A DNA stretch of 64,000 nt from Kudoa neothunni (lineage: Eukaryota; Animalia; Cnidaria): the NCBI GenBank assembly GCA_964304625.1, contig OZ199839.1, positions 11,946,479 to 12,010,478 of the forward strand, read 5' to 3'. Shown here in pieces: positions 53,016-64,000 of this stretch (positions within the stretch are counted from its first letter, which is position 1; each line of letters begins with the position of its first letter). The position numbers were made by a program, and so were the translations under genes. The notes under the pieces are model-generated. The model did no database searches. It was not told where the DNA came from and worked only from the letters and a program-made list of their open reading frames with translations.

Positions 53016-55334
53016 AATTTTCCTATAGTTTAATATGAAATTTTTTGATCTGATTATTTATTAATATAATCGTATTATTAATTAATTAAAATTACCAAAA
53101 TTATTATACATTTATACTAAGATGTACTATTTTTTAATATAAAATAATCAATTAATATATAACATATTTAAGTTTGTCCTGATGTGTGATTAATATTTAA
53201 ATTATTTCAAATCATGTATAATTACCTTTTCGGAAGATACGAAAAGAAATTTTTTATTTAACTGAATTGAGTGTATTTATTTTGAATACAAATTTCTTGT
53301 TCTATATCATACAATAGATTTTTTTACAATATCTTTCAAAAATATTTATATATACACGAAATAATTCCATCTTGAATATTATTATAAATAATTTTTGTAT
53401 TTTTATTATTGATTATTAACTCATTGAAATTATAAAGTTAAACCAATTGTTGTATTTAATGTCGTAATTAAAGAATCTTATTCCCGCCTAAACATTAATC
53501 ACACTTTTATCATTAACGTAGTTGAAATATAATTTAAATTTACTTTTTTTACAGCATAATTATGGATATTTATTTTAACATATTCTATATATATGTTTAA
53601 TGTTGTTAAAATTTTTTGTTCAATACAATCAGAATTATATTTATTCATATGACAAAAAGAAAATTACTCTCTTTTCAAAAATCACAATTTATAAACTACG
53701 ATATTTCTTATTCTGATATACATTTGAATATATATTTGCCAAAGTATTATTTAAATTGTTTAAATCCTTATCAGTTTATACGCTTGAATGTCCTTATTAT
53801 TGGTTTTATTTGAACTAGCAATGAGTGATAGTCAGTTAAAATTTACTTGAGAAAAGTAAGCTAAATGTAACTAAACTTAATTTTATTGAGTTTGGGTTAT
53901 TTTTACAAGGAGTGTTTGTGATTATCAACCATCGAATTTATCAGGGCCTATTTGGTTCCTCGTAATTAAATCGTAAAAATTCGTTGAGATAAAGAATTTC
54001 TTTTATTTTTAATTGGGATTGAAATTAATAAGTTTAATTTTTCTAAAGATATTGATATTATCGACTGAATTATATAATTTTAAATTCAATGTTTTTCGAC
54101 TTTTATTTAGATAAAAGATAAAAATTCGGGTTTTATCGGTTCCTAATTAAAAAAAATATTCACCAATCAATTCGATTAAAATTTTTATTATTTATTATTG
54201 ACAACTGATATAGAATATTGAAAGTACGTTAAGACGCTCATTACAATGAATTATCTTCTCGTTTTCAAATTAATGTTAAAATTTTGAGAAACTCTGATCA
54301 ATATTAATGGAGTAAACTTGGAATGTAAATAAATGTTGACAAAGTCTCGATGAACTTTTTCTATCGTTTAATAATATACACAATTGATCAAAAGTGATGT
54401 TAAAGTTGAAAATTGTTATTATTTTGTACAATTTATAGTAAAAATTATTATGTTGAATTTATTCTTTACTTTGTTTTAGTAATAAAGATCGTGAAAAAAT
54501 AATTTTTTAAATATAAGATGAATTTTTTGACTTATAAATTTCAAATTTTAAAATATTTAAATAGATGAAAAAACTCTAGAATATTTTATAGTATTGAACG
54601 ATTACGTCTTCATTGGTCATATCACTTTTAAATAATTGATAGTTTATAGAATTAATGAGTAAATTACTAAAAATAACTTTATGATAACGATTAAAAAGTA
54701 CGGTAAGGTCTGTAAATCTGGTAACTTAAGGTTTTGCTTCCATTAATTATATTATTTACTAATATGAATGCTTCTTTTGTTGATAATTATTAAAGAAACG
54801 TCCTAACTTGTGTTTGAATGAGATTTAAATTAAACGAAAAGATGTTCCATTTGTCCAAGAGAGAGCAATAACAAACATTCAAATAGCCACTAAAATTAAA
54901 ATTATAATTAGATAGTTAAATTTTATAAATTTTAATATTTTTGTCGTTTGTAATTGAGAAATTTATTCATAAAACCACTATTTCCATACTGGGGTAAAAA
55001 CGACCTCAAACTCATTCAAAGGTGAAAAATATCTACTCAGTACGAGTGTTAATTGTAACTCTTCAATGCCCTGTTTAAATCCCTGCTTTTCGAATGAGGG
55101 AGACATTTACTTAGTGTCTGAGAGTTAAATGTTGATCGAACGAACAAATTGTAGTGAATAATGTATCGATTATACCGTAGACCGTAAAAAAATCGAGGGT
55201 TGATTTCGAAGAGATTAAGTCAATGTATTAACAAGATTGTGTGATTTGTTCACAGTGGATTTTTGTAAAAAATGTTCGGAGAAATTTTCTTATCAACATT
55301 CGGAAGTGCATTATTCTTTATTCCAAACTATTTT

Positions 55335-56360
55335 ATTTCTTTTAAAATATCATCTAAACTACAATACTACAGTATCTGTGTACGAACTTGAGGCGGTGTC
55401 GCATACATAATCGGAAATAAAGTCATTTCCTACAATTACAATTCGTCCTGTTAATTCAGCTCGTTTTCAAAAGCTTTTTCATTTTTGTTCTTATCACAAA
55501 AAATTACATTGTGTGGTTAAAATAAAATCAAAAAGAATTAATCTAAAGCTGGAAATAAATCTTAAGTCGAACGCATTAAGATTCACATGGAATCTCTATG
55601 TTGTTGATAGATACATCGAAAAAGTTATTATTTCATTATGATTTTAAAAAATTTGAATTCCTTAATTGTTCACTGAATTTTTTTGTATTTGTATCCGTTA
55701 GTAATGAGTTTGTAGATGTTCAATCATGTGACTTTGTATTTTCAAAAAAGAACATTCTGATTTATTCTATTCATAATTGAAGCTATGAAGTTTTGATTTA
55801 ACAATAATATTCCTTAGTGTGGCTTTTAGTTTATAAATTTTTCAGCATAGTTTATTCATGATTAAAAAAATTGTATAATAATATTTGTTCCAAAATTCTA
55901 ACGTGGAACTTTTTACTTTATTTTTTTAAGTTATATTCTTATTTATTTTCATTGAATAACTAAAAATAAAAATATTAAATAATTATTATTTAATTGAAAT
56001 TAACAATAAATTATAGAAATCGTTACAAATAAAAATATACGTTTTTTTAGATTTTTTAATTAAATCAATAATGGATATAAATAAGTTGAATCCATTTTTT
56101 CATGATTTATCTCAGTAATATAAAAATGGCGTAAAATCTAAAAATAAACATTAGTTAATTAGTCTTTTAATATAAAATGAAACATTATGTCATATTTTAT
56201 AATCTACATTAATATAATTAATTTATTGAGATGTATTTTCCATCAAAATGTTTGTAAAAACTAGTAATAATCGTGTAACGTTGGAATCATGAAATCCAAA
56301 TCCTTAATAATCCTCATTGCTACGCATAATCACCCTCGTACTTTTAAAGGCCTAATTCTA
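55335..56360 (+). repeat. Direct repeat copy 2
   Basis: Homologous to 47656-49220 but without the Helitron MITE. Confidence 0.85.
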
Positions 56361-57617
56361 AGTAATGGAACCTCTCTTGAAGGTATACCTTGTGCGATTC
56401 TCGCGTCCAACACTAACAAGTTGAAATTAAGTCCGATAAGCAATTGCAATTTTTATAATATTATTAAAAATTAATTCACATTTTTAATAGGGTATTTATT
56501 ACAATTTTTTTAAAATTATAATCTTTTATTTTATATTCAAAAGATAACAATCAAATTAAAATCTTCGCGTGTTTGGATAAAAAACGTAAAATATTCACTT
56601 CTGTATAAAAAAATTAAACAGACCACAACATATTTTATAATAACTGGAATCCTAAAAGTTTCTTTATGTATTTTTATAAGTTCAATATAAGTAGAGTTAG
56701 AATTTACACTTAATTAGTCACAATTATCTTTTTAAGTTGTTTTTTGAATTATTTCAAGTTAAAATTAATTTTCAGTAAAAATTATATGAATTTTATTTTA
56801 TATATATTTTCGTCAGATAATTTTCAAGTTGGTAATTAAAACGAAAATACAGAAAATCCGACAGTCCGCACATGCGCGATAGTATAAGCGAATGTTTAGC
56901 ACAAAATACTAAATAACGAATTAATATTTAAATTTTGATTTCTACAAATCTTTATCTAATGGAAAATTTAATATTAACTCGATCACATCCATAAATGACA
57001 AGGAAATAACAATATTTAATTTATTATCAGATGTAAATAATTTATTTTAGTTTTCATTGATTATATCGATAAATTAAAATTTTTTATGGAGTTATAGTAG
57101 AAATAGCTTTTAGTCTAAAAGTATATTCTTTTAATCGATTTTTTATATCACTCAATGAAATGGATAATCATTTTATTATCATTAGGTTAAATTGAAACAT
57201 CAAACAATTAAATAAAATAATATAATTAAAAATAAAATGCCTTTCACTGGCTAATCAATGCTAGTTTGTTTTAATTATTCAAAATATAAAAGCATTTATC
57301 TTCAAATGTCAAAATTTGTAACCTCTCTGAGGTAATTTTAAATCCAATCAATACATGGTTTTCTGTTATAAAAAACACGAGAAATATAGTCCAAATTATT
57401 TGCACTGGGATTATATAAAAATTTTGAGTGGAATATTAAAATGTTTTTTACAAGCAATATTAATTAGATGGCTTTTCGTATCACATATCTAAAAAAGGTA
57501 ACCTGCCACTATCAATAAATCAATAAATTCGACATAAAAAGGAAAATTAAATATCTGATAACTTATTTAAAACTAATTTTTAAATATTTTTTGAAAAATT
57601 TAATAATTACATTAGAT

Positions 57618-58176
57618 CAGGGGTTTTTAACCGTTTTTTTAAATTTAACCCCTTGCGTTGAAACCCAAATTCATATTTACTTTAAGGTTCTATAATAGTC
57701 TAGCTATGACATAGGCAATTTGCATAAGAACTTCTAATTATAAGACATGTACGCCTGTGCAATAACAATTTTTAATCCCATCAACTCTTACTCACAAGCT
57801 TTCAACAAATTTTATTTTTTAGTTTATGCTAAATTAGACTATTTCTACTACAACCTTTCGCTCTTAAGGTCAAAAATAATTAAAAATTGTCAAAACTAAT
57901 GACACCTAATTATTGTTTACAATACAAATGGCCACTTTAAGTAATATTATTATTAGGTTCCATCACTAAAAAATAAACGAGCAATATAAGAAAATTTCTG
58001 CCAACTTTTTATTGAGTTTAATAGCCCTGTAATATAATTCCTTAAAAATCCTTAAATACGTCATAAACCCTTTAGCGAAAAAATTGCCTCCATCAAATTT
58101 TTCATTTCACTTAATTTATCCCCTTTTATTTAAAATATGCCCACAAGGGTAAATTACCACCGGTTGAGGACCACTG
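57618..58176. mobile_element. hAT (Buster-like) MITE
   Basis: TIRs CAGGGGTTTTTAACC / GGTTGAGGACCACTG; degenerate 8-bp TSD CATTAGAT/ATCTAGAT with central TA. Confidence 0.75.
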
Positions 58177-59815
58177 ATCTAGATGATTCATTTTAGGTTC
58201 GGTGTAGATACTTAGTTAACCCGACTTGTTGAGACTGGTTGTAAGTTCCAAAAAAATAAAGAGAAAGAAATTTTTATATAATATAAGGTTTTAACTCACA
58301 AGCTAAGTATGTTGTTTCTTTATAATGATCGTGAGAGACATATCAGCTTCGTATTTTACAATGATGGTGATTTCTAACTACGTCAACGTCAAAAAGACAA
58401 AATGCAAGACCGGAAATATCCTTCGCCAACGATCATTGTCACGAAACTTTTATAAAGCTTAGAAAATTAAAAAAATTTCAAATAATAATAGGAAACGTTT
58501 TTGTATGAATTAATACGGAAATGTTGAAAGTTGTATTCATAGTTTTTAATGCAATAATACTGTCCTCAATTTATTGATTAATGATAAATTAGTGGTACAT
58601 GTCATAATTAGGTTAAATTCAACATAAATGTTGCGCTTTTAATTAATCTAATAATTTACATTAATTAAGTTGATATTTAGGGGTTGTACAGCTGCGTGCA
58701 TTATAGTTCATGCTGGAAAAGATGAAATTTACTTGCTCGAAGAAATAAGTTTCATAAGTAATATTTTAATTATAAAATTTTATCTATTTTTGTAATCTCC
58801 TTCAAACGATCTTAAATTTAATATCGATAAGAAAAATGTTCCAAATTAGAGTATATTTAAAAAGTTTTGTTTAATTCTTTCTATCGGCTGACAAAAAATA
58901 TAAATGAATGTTTTTGGAAAAAATCTTAATGCAGATAATTCAAATATTTGTACAAAGTTAGAGAATTTGAAATAATATAATTACAATTTCATGACTTATA
59001 TTTACGTACGTAGGTCGTTCCTCGCATCGCTTATTGCAACCGATATTACTAATACGAATTTTTACACCAAAAGAGTGTGCTTGAATTTCTTTACATTCAA
59101 ATAAGAAGATTATATGATTCCAGGAAAATAATCACCTCCATATCTATTTAATTTCATCTTTTCCGCGATTGGGTACAATAACGCTTAGAGTGAAATCTTC
59201 GACTCCTCGCACACATCTTTCGATTCTTTTTGAAGTAAAGTTGTTATGTTTTATTTATAATCGATTCATTTAACAAAATATATTACATTACTCGATAATT
59301 AATACTTTTTTAAAATTGTAGATAATGTTTTGGCGATGAAACTATAATATGAGCGTTTTAATGACAAAATTTACATACAAAATAAATAATCGAAAGGCGA
59401 TGTTGTAATACACAAGGTTAATATATATTTAATACCTACTAATTTACATAGTTAGATATAACTTTTTTTTCGTACGGATTTGTTATAAAAATAATGATAT
59501 AGGTTTAGTTTCGATACTCGGTATATTATTAAGTACATATTGTGTTTGAATTAATCATAATAATTAATACTTGTAAAGTGGAGAATTTCTTTAAAGCATC
59601 AGTAAAGAAAGTATAATTAAATTTTAAATATGAAGAATTTTCAATGACTAAATAATTATTTTCGTTGTAAGAATCAAGATATTAAAATATTATACAATAA
59701 ATTCAATATTCCCAGGAAAATTCTTTTGGTTGATAATATAAAATTTTATATTAAATTTTGCCATTAGAAAAAGCTTCAAAAATAGTAATACGATATTAAG
59801 ATTAAAATATCATTT

Positions 59816-61366
59816 CTATGAGATATTAAGTTTATTAATGTATTTTTCCAGTAATTCCAAAATTTCGTTACTTCGAAGAGCTGCTGTATGTTTAAAGCCT
59901 TCTAGAGCGGTAACCTTATTTTGAAAATTTTTGTTTTTATTAGCAATAATTTTGCAGGAATGTAATTCATCATCAGTGAGTGTACCATCCCCACTGACAT
60001 GTTTGAATTTATTATGCTTCAATACGTTATTACGATTAACTGTAAATGTATCAATAGTTGGTATTCCTGTACTGAAAATGCAGTAAAAGGGAACGTTGAT
60101 TGGTTTTTCTACCCATATATCAGGTATACTCATATTTTGAAAAATCTTAGCCATCATTCTATGTTGTGAATCATATGTATCCGAAATGTTATTAATCGTA
60201 TAAATCTTAGATTCTTTTTCTAGGAGAATCTATATTAATTATAGGATAGAGATGAAATAAACTTAAAAAACGTACTCGATTTGGACCAAAATAGGATCGG
60301 CTAGGTTTCAAATAATAAATTGAGGGATAGGTGAGGAACATGTCATTAGAAAGATATTGTTTTGCCATGTTTAAAGCAGATTTCTCGCCAGTATAAAAAT
60401 AATTCCACGTGGCGAATGCTTTGATTGACCCAGCAAGCGCACCATTGATTGATATCCATGAGGCAATATGTTGTTTTTTCCAGAATTGATCTTGTTCCGA
60501 AAGAAATGAATGGGTTAGAGCACTTCCCATACTGTGTGAAATGAGCACAGCCTTTTTCTTCGTAATATTAACTAACTGAGTGATTTTGCTCTTTAATTCG
60601 GCAAAATAATAATCTTTATATGGTTGTGCTATATTTATTTTAGTTTGGTAATCTCTTTGTAAGTTTACATGGCAGTTTTCGGAAATCATATGGTGCTCCC
60701 AAAAGGTCTTCCATGTTTTTGTATCCCTTAAGTTGCAAAAAATTAATAATATTTGTAAATATTTTCTTAAATCGAATGAATTGGGTGCCGATTGCCTCAA
60801 CATTGAACACATCCCCGAATAGAAACGTTCCAATTTTTACTCCCTTCACATCCACCATCATATTGAATTTTCGATCATATTCCAATCTATTTCAGTAATA
60901 AATAACGTTTAAAAATTTTATTTCAAGAATATACCTGAAATATTTATGAAAACATGGAATGTCAATTATTGAATTTACGTCTAACCAGATCAAATGGATC
61001 GACGGATCTTTGGAACATGCAGAAGGTAAACGAGCATTACTCTCTATTTTACCATATAATTTACTAGATAGCAATCCAGGAACTTTAAAAATTAGTTAGA
61101 TATTGACACATACGTATTGGACACTAATAATAATATAATAATAATAATTTACTAATAATTATAGGATTTCTATCAGATAACTTCTTTACACTCTTTACAC
61201 TCTTTACACTCTTTACACTAATGGTTTCATTTTTATCTTTTCTTTTTTTTTTGAAAATATTCAAAAAGTGCACTTCTTTCACAACTATTTATATAATTGT
61301 AATATATAAAATTTTTATAGCTTTACATAGGAGTAAAAAGAGTAGTTTATAAAATGGTATCATCAT
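59816..61366 (-). CDS. LCAT / lysosomal phospholipase A2 (group XV) family lipase-acyltransferase, secreted, intact, 5 introns
   Basis: Spliced protein MMIPFYKLLFLLLFVKEVHF...NPIIIIPGLLSSKL...IWLD...CF...GAPYDFRK...LISHSMG (nucleophile)...GDGT (Asp)...KHTAAL (His). All five GT-AG introns keep the frame. Confidence 0.93.
61183..61218 (-). repeat. 9-bp coding tandem repeat x4 encoding (SVK)4
   Basis: AGTGTAAAG x4 in exon 2 of the LCAT-like gene. Confidence 0.9.
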
Positions 61367-62001
61367 AATTTTTATTAAAGTATCACTATTGAATTATAAT
61401 ATTTGAAATGATAACATTTTGCATCGTTACTAAAATAACTTTGTAATGTTTGTTTTCTATCTATTTATAAGTAGTAAATAAATTGGCTTCTATTGATATA
61501 TTTCAATTGTTGTATTCGCGCAACGGAGTTTAGTATTCTAATCAAACACCGAATATTATGTAATATCGTTAGTATAACATGTAACGGTCGTAGTTATAGT
61601 TCCAGTTACGTAACTGAAAGTAGTATCAATGTTGTTGATTATAGTTTATTGGCGCCTAATACTTGAAATCGATGTCGATGTATTAGCTTTTATAGATTGT
61701 CCAAAATCAGGTATATCAGGAAAATTCTCTTAGAAACTCAATTTTTTTATAATAATAATTACGTAAAATAGTTAGAGGACAAAATGCAAACAATAAATTA
61801 ATAATACGACATAAAAATTTATTAGCAGTTTTGAAATTATTTATTAATTGTAACTATAATTTTTTTTAGTATAAATTCCTTCATTGTATGAATGCAATCG
61901 ATGATAGTGTATAATTGACATTGATGTTTAACAGAATAATACCTAAATAAGGATATTAGTAACTATTAATGCTCGTACTTCATCACAGCTATCACCTTTA
62001 A

Positions 62002-64000
62002 CCCTCTAACGACATGAAAAAAACTTACCTCTAACGACATGAAAAAAACTTACCTCTGACGACATGAAAAAAACTTACCTCTAACGACATTGGGGTAGAT
62101 TTAACTCCAGATTTTTTTTGGATTATTTTATTTGTAAAATTAATACAAAGTAATACGCAAGGTTATAAAAAATTCATACGAACAGATTTCAAGGAAAATA
62201 CAGAATATTGACATCATTAAGCCCATTTTAATCCTATCGGATGATTTCGCGCACTGTTCAAAAACTTGTATAAATGCGTATTTTTTGTAAGCATAAGTAG
62301 ACGAATAAATAAAAAATAATATATAATCAATTTAATTGTTCATTTTGAACAATCAGAACAGATTTTTGATGAGTGATCTTTGCAATAATACCGTTGACAG
62401 TTTTTGCAACATAAGGTCGTTTTTTTATCGTTTTTTCGGGGACATAATTGGCATCTAGATTGCGATTTCGAATTTGAAGGAACATTATGTTTATTTTTAT
62501 TGGATGTAAGAGTTCTTTTGACTACTTTTTCAATTTTAGTATTTCTACTAAGAAGTGGCCTGTACAATAATTCTGCCATTTCTTTTAAAAAAACTCTTCT
62601 TTTTGGGGGATTTTCCTTAAAAATGTTTTTATAGATGCAGAAGGTGTTGATTAATGATATGTCAATTATATTATAAAATACGACGACTGGCCATCTTTTG
62701 CAGAACCTACGAACGGATACTGAAGATATCATCCTGTCGACAGTATCGACCCCACCTTTAGTGCTATTGTAGTGCTCTATAACGTGTGGTTTTCTGTCAT
62801 TTTGTAGATTTCCTACGTTGGTGTTATTTGTTCCTGTCGATAGCAAATTAACGGCCTTTCCTTTCTTGGGAACATATGGCGTTATCATGCTTTTCTCATG
62901 GAAGAGAAATAAGGTACTATGCAACGCCCTGTTCCTTGATGGAAGCACACATGGAGGCAAATCTCTCTTATTATTCCTTATAGTTCCAAGATAAGTAAGG
63001 CGTTTTTGCAGCAACTTTGATGCCAGTGATAGCGACGAAAAAAAATTATCCGCAACAATGTTCCTCCCAGAATTGTACAATAGAGATGCAATTGAAAGAA
63101 CAACGCTTTCGCCAACTCCAACACTTCTAGTAGCGTGTTCACCATTTTTCCCGAGATAAGGAGAAATATTGAGGACATATTTTTCAACGGGATCAGCCAT
63201 GAGAAAAAATTTAATACCATATTTCGCCGGTTTTTTAGGCATATATTGCCTAAAGGAGCATCTTCCTTTAAAAGGGAAAAGTTGTTTGTCAATTGTGACG
63301 TCTTCATGAGATGCTTCGTTCACCCACATGTTCCAAACATTACGAATTGCAGCAAATTTATCAACACTTTTTTGCATTCTTGTGCCTTTGTTGTCAAAGT
63401 GTAGTGCTCGCGATATTTGTAAAAAGCGAGTTTGAGAAAAAAGCTGACGATAAATTGGCTTCCCTTCAGATAAACTAAAAGTTCATGCAAAGGTTCCGCT
63501 CTCTCTTGATGAATTCCCATTAAGATAAGGATTCCCAGGAACCCTTTAAATTCAAACATCATCAATTTCTTTCCATGAATTGTGGAAATAATCGCGTCGA
63601 AACATATTGTGTTTTTAATAATTTCTCCACAAATATCTTCATTAAATAATATCAAAAACTTCTTTTATGCGTTGAATACAGTAAATTGTTGGTCCTGGAT
63701 TACGATTCATTATGTTTTCAATTGATGTTTTTTGAAACAGATGGCTTAATTAGGCTCCAAACAATCCCATTTTTTCCCTCAGCGGAGTCTTGGTTACATT
63801 CGATTTCATAGCATTCGTCGGATGATTCTAAAAACTCAGATAAGCAGTCTTTGACTTTACTACCATATGATTCGAGCTCCTCAATAAATTCGGACAAATC
63901 ACTGCTCATATTTACGTTTTAAAACAAGCCAACCACGTGTGTTTAATGATGCTATTTGTTAGGTTATCTGTCGCCTTTTTATTTACTAATTAAAATACTT
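62002..64000 (-). mobile_element. piggyBac transposon (5' end beyond the window)
   Basis: TTAA|CCCT terminus at 62002. ORF 62340-63377 carries TID, ADNFF, GGVDTVD and a C-terminal Cys-rich domain (CQLC...CKNC...YCKDH...ICSDC). The N-terminus is split over 63320-63655 and 63718-63909. Confidence 0.95.
62003..62090 (+). repeat. 25-bp tandem repeat x3.5 at the piggyBac terminus
   Basis: Unit CCTCTAACGACATGAAAAAAACTTA, one substitution in unit 3. Confidence 0.95.

Noticed and set aside
59810-59820. Stop-codon reassignment (TAG AAA TGA at the LCAT end; in-frame stops in relic ORFs)
   Set aside because: Long Gln-containing ORFs (512, 345 and 325 aa) have no in-frame TAA/TAG, Trp uses TGG, and TGA terminates the surface-protein gene. 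The standard code fits.
62003-62090. CRISPR-like array
   Set aside because: The units are contiguous tandem copies with no unique spacers, lie at a piggyBac terminus, and there are no cas genes. The context is eukaryotic.

Overview
AT-rich eukaryotic genomic DNA with very short (about 30-70 nt) GT-AG introns, consistent with a compact-intron animal parasite (myxozoan- or orthonectid-like; this is inference, not identification). Most of the window is decayed, nested transposons: two Ty3/Gypsy elements, a full-length BEL/Pao element with TSD, a solo LTR, two inverted RepHel Helitrons plus non-autonomous Helitrons, two pogo/Tigger, four Merlin (IS1595-like) pieces, a Tc1/IS630 DD34E element, a MULE with perfect 9-bp TSD, piggyBacs and hAT remnants. 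Only three host genes are recognisable. All are on the minus strand and predicted secreted or surface-located: (1) an orphan ~1,290-aa type-I membrane protein (signal peptide, Cys-containing head, ~1,000-aa coiled-coil stalk, Thr-rich linker, TM, Tyr-motif tail) broken only by frameshifts, (2) an ADAM metalloprotease that appears to lack a prodomain, and (3) an intact LCAT/lysosomal PLA2-family lipase. The window also shows probable gene-conversion tracts, a probable recombinant LTR element, an intronic perfect palindrome and a candidate structured ncRNA.
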